DNA from: Octopus sinensis
Taxonomy: Eukaryota
DNA length: 64,000 nt
Assembly (NCBI RefSeq): GCF_006345805.1
Contig: NC_043003.1
Location: 78,616,001-78,680,000 of the forward strand
Direction of reading: 5' to 3'
Shown: positions 22,812-35,797 of the stretch, in pieces
How positions within the stretch are numbered: the first letter of the stretch is position 1
Layout of the letters: each line of letters opens with the position of its first letter
Notes under the pieces: model-generated
Database searches by the model: none
Seen by the model: only the letters and a program-made list of their open reading frames with translations
What the model was told of the DNA's origin: nothing
Translations under genes and position numbers: made by a program

Positions 22812-25691
22812 ATGATGGGCTTCTTCAGTTTCCATCTCCCACATCCACTCACAAGGCTTTGGTTGGCCTAAGGCTATAGTAGAAGACTTGCCCAAGGTAC
22901 CATGCAGTGAGACAACCCAGAACCATGTGGTTGGGAAGCAAACTTATTACACAGCCTCTCCTGCGCATTCATATGTGCAAATGCAACTATAAGTTTTTGT
23001 AAATAGAAGCTTGTCTTACATTTCATGATAAAAGGGTAAAGACCCCTTTCGATCATGAATTACTATGGGCTTGCACCTGGAAAGTTCTCTGAAGCACATG
23101 ACCAGGCAAGGTTGTTTATGGAAGACAGGCAGTTGCTCATACCAGCCTCCCCCTCTACACTCCACTGATGTTATCCAAGGGAAAAGCAAAGGCCAAAACA
23201 GCTTTGGTACCAGTGATGTTGCAACTCATTTCTACAGCTGAGTGAACTGGAGCAATGTAACATAAAGTATCTTGCTCAAGAACACAGCCCTGTCCAGGAA
23301 TTGAACTTACTATCTCATGATTGTGAGCTCCATGCTCTAGCCACTGAGCCATGCACCTCCACGTGTATTTCACGATACACTCTTTTACTCTTTTACTTGT
23401 TTCAGTCATTTGACTGTGACCATGCTGAAGCATCCATGTTTAAGCAGGAATAGATAAAATAAATGGTAGTCATTATTCTCCTCACAACAACAAGCCTGTT
23501 TCTGTTTCTCTCATTATACTTTAACTCCTCAACACTTAGCATAAATTAACCTGCCTTTGCACAATTTTCCTTCATAGTTGAAGGAGGAGGGGGGGCTCTT
23601 TAGTCTTATTACAAGGCAATCTCACTAATGTTGTCGATGCCATGAAAAAAAAAAAAGCAATCAGTACACTCTGTGAGGTGATTGCCACTAGGAAGGGCAT
23701 CCATTGATAGAGCTGTTCAAGAATTTGGACCTGGAGATCTCCATTTCCAGCGACTTCGAGGGCCACCTCCCAGTGGTGTCGGGTGTCAACGAAGAGCCCT
23801 CGACTACAAGACGACCAAAGTTTTTTTTTCCATGGTCTGGGGTCTCCCGCCCCTAAGCCCTAGACCATCTCTTAATCACCTTTATCCGTCTTGATGCTTA
23901 ACAACAACAACAAAAATCCATTGATAAAAATCAGGACATGGAAAGAGAGACATAATTCTTCAGTCTGTAGAATCTCATGCCTGCATGGAAAGTAGATGTG
24001 AAATGATGCTAATGATGGTGATATATACGATCGGCTTCATGCAGATTCAACCAAATTTATTCACATGGAACTGGTTGGTTCAAGGTTACAGAAGACACTT
24101 ACTCAATTTGCAGTGCAGTGAGGGTAGAACACCCAAAACTATGAAGTTGTGAAGTGAACTTCATAACAAGATGGCTATGCTTACTCTTAACAACTTAGAA
24201 AATAGGATTCATTGATTAATGTTTTAATGTTAATGCTTGAAATATTTGCTCTAGCAAAGCATAAAAAAAAGCAACCATAGAGTTTCCTATTCAAACTTTA
24301 CATTTTTTTTTTTTTTATTTTCCCTTCTTTACCAATTTTAGCACATCAAACCTTCTGGTTGGTTGTAACAGTTTGACATTTTAATAGAACATTATGGTAA
24401 AGTCTAGGGAAAATTTGGTAAAAATTCTTAGTTCTATTATGTCTGCGGAGAGTCATTTTCTTTTTCTGCCTTATAATGTAACACACTCACCGGTAAAATT
24501 TCCACTTATTTCTTATTTTTATTTCCCTAAAATTTTCATTGCGTCTTGCAACCTTTTCAACAGTCTTGACTCTGTCCGTTATTTACACTGTGTTCCCTTT
24601 TTTTTGTGTGTGGGTCACTCTGTGTGTGTGTGCCTATGCATGCATGCATGTACGTATGTATGTGTGTATGTATGTTTGCATGTGTATGTATGTATATATG
24701 TGTGTGTATGCATATGTATATATGTATGTATGTGTGTTCTTAGTCTAGTTTTCAAAGTAATAATTTCAGTAAAGATAAGTAAAACAAAAACAAAACAAAT
24801 AACAAATATATATATATATATATATATACATATACAAAACAACTTACCTGACCTCCTCTCTTCTTTGCTCTTCCTGTAAAATAGATGTAAAACAAATTGC
24901 AGGTGATCAAAGAAAATATGAACATATTCATGAATAATATTGTAATGCAGTTGTTCACAGGATAAGTATCTACACAAAAACATGCCCTTTCATATTTATT
25001 ATATGCGATTAAGGTGAGTCCGAAGTTTTTTGTCCCTTTAGTACATTGCCTGGTGGTTATGGATGTGTGACTCCTGAAGTGAGCATCATGTTGGATTCTT
25101 GAACAAGGCAATTCATTTCAGATTGCTCCACTCTACTCTGCTATAATGAGTACTAACTAGGTGTTGGTGCAGCTCCCTCTCTCTTCCCCTCCTCCTCTCT
25201 TTCCAGCTGTCTTGTTCTCAATGTCTAGCTGAGTGAGTCACAGGATGGTGAGCTGAAAGAGTGTCTCTGCCTGCTTGCAAATACATAGGAAACTTAAGTA
25301 ATTCCTTTCTACTCGAGGCACAGGGCCCGAAATTTTTGGGAAAGGGGCCAGTTGATTAACCACAAAAGGATGAAAGGTAAAGTTGACTTTGGCAGAATTT
25401 GAACTCAGAATGTAAAGACAGATGAAATACCTATTTCTTTACTACCCACAAGGGGCTAAACACAGAGAGGACAAACAAGGACAGACAAACAGATTAAGTT
25501 GATTATATCGACCCCAGTGCGTAACTGCTACTTATTTAATCAACCCTGAAAGGATGAAAGGCAAAGTCGACCTCGGCGGAATTTGAACTCAGAACGTAAC
25601 GACAGACGAAATACCACTAAGCACTTCGCCCGGTGCGCTAACATGTCTACCAGCTCACCGCCATATATATTTAGTATATATAGTATATATA

Positions 25692-25727
<36 letters not shown>

Positions 25728-28700
25728 TATAGTATATATAATAGGAAGTCTTATATTGTTATTGCTATTGTTTAATCTGATCTCAAATATGACCAAGCAG
25801 ACCTAGAATTAAAAGCATTTTATTTGTGACTATTCTGTCTTTTTAGATGTATGTAAGACAACATTGTCGTGTGTGTCCTCTTGTTTTTGAAAACAGTAAG
25901 ATCTGACATTGGAAGTGGGCCAGCTTTAATAGGAGAACAGAATCTGTTGCCTAGAGAAGACACAAATATAGCTACCTTGTAGTATAGAAGACATACATGT
26001 GTGACAACAGTGGTGGAACATGTCCAAAAAAGGGTTTTGGTTGCTGTTTCAGTGAGCAGTCTCAGATGACTCAAAGATGAAGTGCATTTGCAGCCAGGGA
26101 CATTTAATGTAAATAGTACAAAACTGGGTTAGTAGTTTTACAATGTTTCATAAAAGTGAGAGCTTTGTAAGCCATGCCATTGTTGTTGTAAGCAGTTGAT
26201 GGCTACACTGATTAGCCAAGGGCTAAACAACAACCACCCTATGTCATTAAAGAAATCTCTACAGGGTCACACAACCATGAATAATAGATTGAAGCTTAAC
26301 ACAATAATGACTGGCAGTGAATGGTTTCTGATTTAAGCACAAGGCCATTGATTTTGAGGAGAGGGGTTAATCAATACCATTGACCTCAGTACTTGATGGA
26401 ATTATATCTTATTGACTTCAAAAGGATAAAGGCAGAGCTGACCTCAGTGGGATTTGAACTCAAGATGTAAAGTGCCATAACTAAATACTGCAACATATTT
26501 TGTCATCCACCTATTTCTTTATTGCCCACATGGGACTAAATTAGAGGGTACGAACAAGGCCAGACAAAGGGATTAAGTCGATTACATCGACCCCAGTGTG
26601 CAATTGGTACTTAATTTATCGACCCCAAAAGGATAAAAGGCAAAGTCAACCTCGGCAGAATTTGAACTCAGAAAGTAGCAGCAGATGAAATACCTATTTC
26701 TTTACTACCCAGAAGGGGCTAAACACAGAGAGGACAAACAAGGACAGACAAATGGATTAAGTCGATTACATTGACCCCAGTGCGTAACTGGTACTTAATT
26801 TATTGACCCTGAAAGGATGAAAGTCAAAGTCGACTTCGGTGGAATTTGAACTCAGAACGTAACGGCAGACAAAATACCGCTAAGCATTTCGCCCAGCGTA
26901 CTAATGTTTCTGCCAACTCGCCACCTTTGTCATCCACCTCTCAAAATGATTTTGCTACTCCACCACCTGTCAAAACTACTTTCTTTGTTCACGAGATCCC
27001 TCACACAAACTGAAAAACTGAAAATTAGAAATTTTTAAACAAACAAGAGATACTCTACTGTTTTCAACTATGCCTTGGCATTCGGTTTTATGCCTATCCG
27101 TCCATGCTGTTGATTTACACTTTTTACTGCAGTAGGAAACGGCTTTGCAGCGAGTGCATGATTTCAGGTGTACATGCGCAGATCTGCAGCAGTCGTAACA
27201 ATACTTGACTTCTGCTTGCCTGAAAGTAAAAGTAATAGCTTTAAATATTATCAGCTTTAAACATTATGCCATTTAAGTGGTTCTTTTTTTAATTACTAAT
27301 TTCAGAAGGAGGTGGTACCCAGAACCTGAGTAAGCCATCAACAGACAAGTGAGCCTGATGCATGCCATTCATGCTGTTTCTAGTCAATCTCCTTACCAAC
27401 AATTATCATGTAGCTGTCGATCACTTTCTCTCTCATTACTCTCACCCTCTCTCTTCCATTACTCTCTTCTTGTTGACAACCATCATGGAGATGTCTCTCT
27501 TTCTCATTACTTTCTCCTCACCATCAACCATCATATAGCTGTCTATTAGTGTTTCTCTTTTATAATTGAACATCTGTAGTTTGATATCTGGAGGAAAATC
27601 CTAAGTAGGGAGTGTTCCAGGGATATGCAGTTTAGGATAGGGACGACTGAAGGACTAAGGAATATATATATATATATATATATGATATATGATATATATA
27701 TAGGCACAGGCATGGCTGTATGGTAAGAAGCTTGCGTCTCAACCACATGGTTCCAGGTTCAGTTCCATTGTGTGGCACCTTGGGCAAGTGTCTTCTACTA
27801 TAGCCTCATGCTGATCAAAGCCTTGTGAGTGGATTTGGTAAGTGGAAACTGAAAGAAGTCCATTGTAGTACATGGTGAACAAAGGTTGGGTGGTTGTTGG
27901 TAAATATGAGTGTGATATGAGAATAAAAGTGTTAAAATGGTGTTAATTGTGACTAACTTAGAAGGGAATGAGTGGAGACCAGGAGCATAAAAATGGCGGT
28001 AGGAAATGGTTAGAAGTAATAGGTTTTAACTTCATTATTTACAACCACAGAATAATACAGTAGATAGGAGAGTAATGGAGGAATGGGTGATAGAGATTAG
28101 GAGAGGAGTTAAAGTTTGCAAGTGTGTAGGGTGAGAGCGAGAGAGGGATAAAATAGGAGTAAAGGTAGATAATGAAAAAAATGATAGTATGGGTGGGGTG
28201 TGATGATGGTAAAAATGAGGGGTCCATCCTAAGCCACTTCTGATAGACAACATCTGTTGTGTGCCTACACATATCACTTTGGTCACAATGTGCTAGAATT
28301 GCTGGGTGCATCTTCTAAAGCATTGTATATTGTCAATCATCTTGGTCCTTGATCGTCTCCATGGGACTCAGCATTCCTGGATTATCTTTCATCACCTCAT
28401 GTTTTTCTGGGTCTTCTTCCTCCACAAGTTCCATGCAAGTTAAGCAATTGACGCTTCTCTGTATTATTATCCTCGTTATCCTTGCAATTTAGAACACCCT
28501 ATTCTTCTAATCCTCATATTGTGGGACATTAACAAATCGCTCACATTCTGATTTCTCCTTGACAAGTATATTTGTCACCTAACTTCTTTTTAAGCTATCT
28601 GCTATAATTTTCTGCTGCATCACTTTCTCTTGTTTTTCCAGACCTGTTCTTTGCTGATATAGTCTGTCTACACCACAGTACTACCAGCATGTTACCTTCA

Positions 28701-29137
28701 CTCTAAATATGAACTTTGCCCCATCCATTGACTTGGTAAACTTCAGCAAGTTGTCTCAAAAGAACTTTCAATTGTCCTTTATGCTGTAAGCTTTTATTTC
28801 CTCCTTATCATCAAATGCTTCAGCTAGTATTCTAAATTCCTGACATTTTGCTGGATCTTTAAGCTTCTATACTTTTTCCCCTCTTTTCATCTTCTGAGCC
28901 CTCACAGCTCTAAATCTGGACTCATTATAATAACTAATTGCCTGTTTGTTCATCTGTTCGTCCATCTGACCATCTGTCCATCTGTCCATCTACCTGTCTG
29001 TTTTACTGCATAGACAGATTAATAAAGACACACAGACTAGCAAACAGATAGATATGGTAATATAAAATTCTCATATTTTATTTCTCCGGATACAATAGCA
29101 CACACACATACACACACACAAACACACATACACACAC

Positions 29138-29176
<39 letters not shown>

Positions 29177-30117
29177 AACACACTCTCTGATATACCCATA
29201 CACACACACATGTACATTAACTGTCTCATACATATTCATTGGCTGAAAAATACTCTCCTGACTGTGAAACACCATTCCATTCTCCTCTCTTTCTCCACTT
29301 TATTCATTCACCAGTGGATTCTCATCATAAAGCATTACGCTCTGTTTCCTTCTCAGCTTTTTCTTGAAGAATCACTGTCCAAAATTATGGAAATTTCCCC
29401 TGTGTCTTCCTTACAGCAAGAAAATAATTACCTTTCTTTACTGTAATATAATATACAGGTATATATCGTTAGTATATAACACACTAATTATACATTTTAC
29501 TAAAGTATATCATAGTACAATTTAAATACGCACACACACACATACATGCATATGCATATGCATTCATTCATTTGTTTTACATCTGGTGTCCATTCTAGCA
29601 TGGGTTAGATGAATGATTATAGGTAACTACACCGCAGAGTTCACTTCCATCAATTCACCATGAAGAAAGTTCTAGAAACAATGCTACAGAGAATATACAG
29701 ATTTAGTAGAGGAAATGATCTGAAATTTGGCATGACATCCAACCGTGGCCGTTTGCCAGCCTCCCCTGGCACCTGTGCTGGTGGCACGTAAAAAGCACCC
29801 ACTACATTCACGGAGTGGTTGGCGTTAGGAAGGGCATCCAGCCGTAGAAACATTGCCAGATCAGACTGGGCCTGGTGCAGCCTTCTGGCTTCCCAGACCC
29901 CAGTTGAATCGTCCAACCCATGCTAGCATGGAAAGCAGACGCTAAATGATGATGATGAAATGTATCAAGGCAACGTTGAAAAATGGAAAATCAAATACTG
30001 AGCACTTTGAAGGCCACTGAGCTTTACTCAGTAGTGCAGTGAGGGCACAAAATAAAAATAAGCTACTGAAAAGTAATGCTGATGATGCTGATGATAGCAG
30101 TAGTAGTGGTAGTAGTG

Positions 30118-30198
<81 letters not shown>

Positions 30199-30530
30199 AG
30201 TAGTAGTATAGTTATTCTTTTACAGTGAACTTATTATTTCTCCATAAGCTTTCCTCGCAGTGAACTTTCCAGTAGTGAATTGATGTAATATGCTGAGGTA
30301 TTGTTTTACAGCCCGATGCACTTGCTGTCATTAACACTTGTATTTCAAGTAAGTTGGGAGGTTTTCCTTCAACTTGTCTTTGACAGTTCAAACTACCAGA
30401 TGGTTTGTGGGTTGGGAAATGTCAACAAAAGACACTGTGTGTTGCTCAGATCAACACAGAATGTAAGGATTAGCACTGAAACACTCATACACTTACATAA
30501 ACACACACACATGCACAGATATATATAAAT

Positions 30531-30563
<33 letters not shown>

Positions 30564-31604
30564 TATATATTTAAGTAGATGAATGAATTATCCTAGTATG
30601 GATAATTCGGTTAATCGATACCTGGGTAGCAAAATCACGTCAGTAAAACACGGTTGAAGTTACATGCCAAGGGCCGAACCCCGTGTTCGTGTATGGAAAT
30701 TTGTGTGTTTTTTTAAATGAATAAATGAAAAGAATGGAGTCGAACGAGGTTCCTTGTATTTCCTGATGAGAAGACGGCATAATGCAACCTTCATTCCTTC
30801 GAAATTAAGAGTATGCAGTCTTCGAAACATATGTCGAAAGTAAAGGAATTTTGTTAAAATCTTCGTTCGACTCCATTCTTTTCATTTATTTATATATATA
30901 TATAATATATATATATATATGGAGGGCGTCCAGCTATGAAAATCATGCCGAAACTAACCTTGCCTGTGCTAGTGCTATGTAAAAAGCATTGAGTCCACTC
31001 TGTGGAGTGATTGGTGTCAGGAAGGGCATCCAGCCATAAAATCTCTGCCAAAGCAGACACATAGTCTAGGGTAGTTTTTCTACCTGGCTGGCTCCTGTCA
31101 ACCGTCCTACCCATGCAGGCATAGAAGATGGATGTTAAACGATGATGATGATGGTAATGGTATATATATATATATATATATAAAATCAATCAAAGGACAT
31201 ACTAGGTATGTCAACCTGCTTGAAATAACAGTCAAAACTCTTATTAAATCGCCAAAAATACACCGATGAGAACTACAGAAATCAAACGAAGGCAAAATCA
31301 GGTTAAGACAATCTACTAACATGCATTTAAGTATTTGGACTCACGTGGATTGATTTCTGCATTGGTAAAATAAAACCTTAGCTTCTTCAGCATGCGTTAC
31401 CATGATTAGAGACTCCCAACCTATCGCTTCGAAGTCTGTGCTGCAACTGATTCGTTTCACGCCGAAATCATAACAGCCACCGGTGTAAAATAATCTCGAT
31501 ACAATTTACGAGAAAAATAATTCACCAAAAATTAATTTACGAAGGTGTCAAATTGTTAAATTGGAAAATAATAGAATTAATGACACCTTCGTAAATTAAT
31601 TTTT

Positions 31605-31663
<59 letters not shown>

Positions 31664-32429
31664 TGGATTCTCTCATTGAAGACGACGAATGAGTGTTCAG
31701 TAAATAACCTTCAACAATTCCTAAGCCTTGTGACACCGCATGTGTACCTTCAATCCAGCAGATGTCTTGCACACTTTCTCGCAAATGGTACACTTGCATG
31801 TATTCGTTGGTTCAAAATGTCTTCTCGAGTGGACAGCTAACCCAGCTTTACTTCGTGCTTTAAACCCACAGTGGCACACGCAGTCATTGTTTGGTGGATT
31901 TTGCTGATGCGTTGCTTTCAAATTTGCCCGAAGGGCATCCCTATGGCGAAGACGGTTACTTTCAAATTCTCTAGTCTTTAGAAAACACATTTTCCTCCAC
32001 TTGCTGCGATCCCCTGCTGCACCCTCTGAGGAGCTCAGAGCAATGTCACAATGCTTCAGATTGTCTTTTAGTTTGTCCTTGTATCGAAGAAGAGGACGCC
32101 CTGTTGGACGGGAAGAATTTGTCAATTGCCCATAAAAAAACTGCTTTGGAACTCTTGAGTCATCCATTCTTATGAGATGACCAGACCACCGCATTCGTAT
32201 CTTAATCAAAAATGTTTCAATACCAGTGATCTCACACCTCTCCAGTAACTCACTATTTCGAATACGATCTTGCCATTTAACATTGCAAATAGAATGCAGA
32301 CATCTCATATGGAAGGAATCAAGCTGATTGATATGCTTGCGATACAAGGTCCACATTTCGGCACCATACAGAAGAGTAGATAGAACAACAGATTTGTAGA
32401 CTGCTACTTTTACTTTCAGAGACATATAA

Positions 32430-32462
<33 letters not shown>

Positions 32463-35400
32463 CAAGGAGAGGGAAAGAAAATGGAATATTTGAGAATCTT
32501 TACATTTTCCATCTCTCTCATTAATCAAATATCCAACAAATACTGAGCCAGTGAACAAGCTTTACTTGTAAACAACAAGTTGTATGCTATAAGATTTATT
32601 AACTACATACATCATCATCATCATTGTTTAACATCCATTTTCCAAGCATGCATGGGTAGGATAGCTGACAGGAGCTAACCAGGTAGAAAACTACCCTCAC
32701 TACTGTGTCTATTTTGGCAGGGTTTTTACAGCTCGATGCTCTTCCTAACACCAACAACATACACACATATATGTACCATAAATCCTCGAGTATAATCGGC
32801 ATTTTTTCCCCAAAATTTAAAGGTCAAAATCCCTAGAGCATACTATGTACGAGGTTAAAAATGAAAAATATTTTCTAAGCAATATCCAAGTCTCTATTTG
32901 CTGTCCGGCAATGTTGATTCTACCTTAAGCTGAGCCTGAAAGCAATGACGTCATAAAAGAATCACCCATAAATTGCAGTAAGCAACATTTATCAAAATGA
33001 AAGTATTCAGAACACAGAATAACATGTAACAAAAACAATTTGCAAACATATTTACATTCCCATATAACAGTTAAGAACTTCACCATTATTGCATTACGCA
33101 TGCACGGAAGTGTTTGTTCGACTAGGTGATGCTGGCTTAATTAAGCATGACTCAAGTTAGAAAAGGGGTGCATATTATACACAAGGTTTAGGTTTTTCAG
33201 AAGTACAGCCCACTAAAAATCCCCTACGTATTATACTCAAGGGTGGACTATACTTGAGGATTTACAGTCAGCATGTTCTCTATTTGTTGCGTTTTCTGTG
33301 CAAGGGAGAGAAGCAATGAAAGAATATTATACTCAAGGGCGGACTATACTCGAAGATTTACGGTATGTATATGTGTGTACACACACACACACACACACAT
33401 ATATTCACGTATATATATGTATATCATCATCATCATTGTTTAATGTCAGCTTTCCATGCTCGCATGGGTTAGACGGTTTGACTGAGGACTGGTGAGCCAG
33501 AGGCTGCAACAGGCTCAATCTGATCTGGCAAAGTTTCTACAGCTGGATGCCCTTCCTAATGCCAACTACTTCAAGAGTGTAGTGGGTGCTTTTATGTGCC
33601 ACTGGCACAAGGGCCAGTCAGGTGGTACTAGCAACGACCGTGTTCAGAAGGTGTTTTTACATGCTACCTGCACGGAAGCCCGTTGGCGGCACTGGCAACG
33701 ATCATGCTCGAATGTTGTTTTTCACGTGTCACCAGCACATATGCCAGTAAAGCAACATTGGCAATGCTCATGCTCAGCTAGTGCTTTTCACATATCACCA
33801 GCATGGGAGCCAATCCGTGACCTTGGCAACAATCATGCTCAAATGTGCTTTTAACGTTCCACTGGCATGAGTGCCAATCAGGCGGTACTGTCATCAGCCA
33901 CATCAGCGATTTTGATTTGTTAACACTTACCTCAATAGGTCTTTGCAGGCAAAGTTCATTGTCCATTGAATGAGGGGTACTCATAAGTGGGCTTTTAACG
34001 TTCTGCTGGCATAAGTGTCAATCAGGTGGTACTGTCATCGGCCATGTCAACAATTTTGATTTTGATTTCACTTACCTCAGTGTCTTCACAAACAAAGTTT
34101 ATTTACACCCACTGGCATAGGCCTTGAGCTATGGTCTCACTTGGCTTATTGGGTCTTCTCAAGCACAGCATATCTCCAAAGATCCTGGTCTCTAGTCATT
34201 GCCTCAGTAAAGCCCAATGTTTGAAGGTCATGCTTCACTACCTTATCCCAGGCTTTCATCTTTCTACCTGTTGAGTCAAGTGAAGTCATTGTTGTGGCCG
34301 ATGACAATACCGCCTGGTTGGCACCTGTGCTGGTGGCACATAACAAGCACCATTCGTGTGTGGTCGATGCCAGTGTCGCCTGACTGGTCCCGTTCTGGTG
34401 ACACGTACAAAGTACCATTTGAATGTGGTCATTGCCAGTCCCACCTGACTGGCACCCATGCCGGTGGCACATGAAAAGCACCATTCGAGCATGGTCGATG
34501 CTAGTGCTAGCTGACTGGTCCCATACTGGTGGTATGTACAAAGCACTATTTGAGTGTGGCCGTTGCCAGTGCCACTTGACTGACTCCCATGCCAGTGACA
34601 CGTAAAAAGCACCATTGAAAGTGTGGTCGATACCAGTATAGCCTGACTGGCCCTTGTCCTAGTGGCACATAAAAAGCACCCACTACACTCTCAGAGTGGT
34701 TGGTGTTAGGAAGGGCATCCAGCCGTAGAAACTTTGCAAGACCAGATTGGAGCCAGATGCAGCCTTCTGGCTTGCCAGCCCTCAGTCAAACTGTCCAACC
34801 CATACCAGCATGGAAAGTGGATGTTGAACGACAATAACGATGGTGATGATGATTATGACAGAGGCAGTATTAATACCAAGTGGTAATATTTATCCCCCAC
34901 CGCCATAAATGTGAATGTTCTATTAGAACAAACTATACTGTGGTAGATTCCATGACAGAAACTCTCATGTTGGCTTTTGGGTGCAAGAGTCCATCTTGCA
35001 CCAAAAGCCAATATCAGAGTTTCTCTTGTGATCTATTGCAGTATAGTTTGTTCTAACAGAACATCCACATTTAAGTGGGAATAAATATTAACTATAATGT
35101 AATGTATGTTATAATATATTGGGTCGTCCGGAAAGTTTGTGCCGAGTTTTAAAGTAAAGAAAAAGGTCAATAAATACTTGCCATTACATTTTTAATCAAC
35201 CAAATATGAACAATTTTGTTGCACAATGCGTATCCATCTTTCCTTTAACTTGAAAATACCCTCTTCTCAGAAATGAGGTGGTTTCATGGCAAAGAATTTA
35301 TCAAGTTATCTTTTTACGTCATCCAAGGAATTGAAATTTTTACCATTAAGACTATTTTGCAGAAACCTGAATAAGTGGAAATCCGAAGGAGCAATATCTG

Positions 35401-35766
35401 GTGAATATGGAGGGTGGGGTAACCCATCCCAGCTGAGCTGCAGCAATTTTTGCCTGGTTCCCAAAGCATCAAGTGCCGAAAATGAACTTTCTTATCTTCC
35501 ATTTTAAAGGGTTGCAGAATTAACACAGGTTATAGGAACATAAATCTTCTTCCACAAAAAGATAGCATGGAGGTGTAGTCAAATCCTATTTTATGGACTC
35601 AACCATGTTCTAAAATAAGTCGAAAGGTAAGCTACTATAAATCAGCACAAAATTTCCGGACAACCCAATACATAATATACTATTAAGCAGTAAATTATAA
35701 TTAAATAAATAAATAAATAAATACTTTGATTTTTTGCCTCTTTCCACAGTTTCTTCGGTGTCTGGC

Positions 35767-35797
<31 letters not shown>

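Noticed and set aside
25820-26074. 84-aa minus-strand ORF in the last ANKMY1 intron
   Set aside because: No family resemblance or convincing splice sites; the MYND exon joins the terminal exon in phase without it
27045-27053. GTATCTCTT donor of the MYND exon as a second U12 intron
   Set aside because: It deviates from GTATCCTT at +6, and the acceptor at 22097 has a normal pyrimidine tract with no U12 branch motif
31340-31400. CTGAAGAAGC...GCAGAAATC on the minus strand as another hammerhead
   Set aside because: No convincing stem II, stem III or stem I
34146-34615. Overlapping 85-151 aa ORFs, and a CRISPR-like look of the 66-bp array
   Set aside because: The ORFs arise from the GC-rich tandem repeat. 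The units are fully repeated with no unique spacers, there are no cas genes, and the context is eukaryotic.
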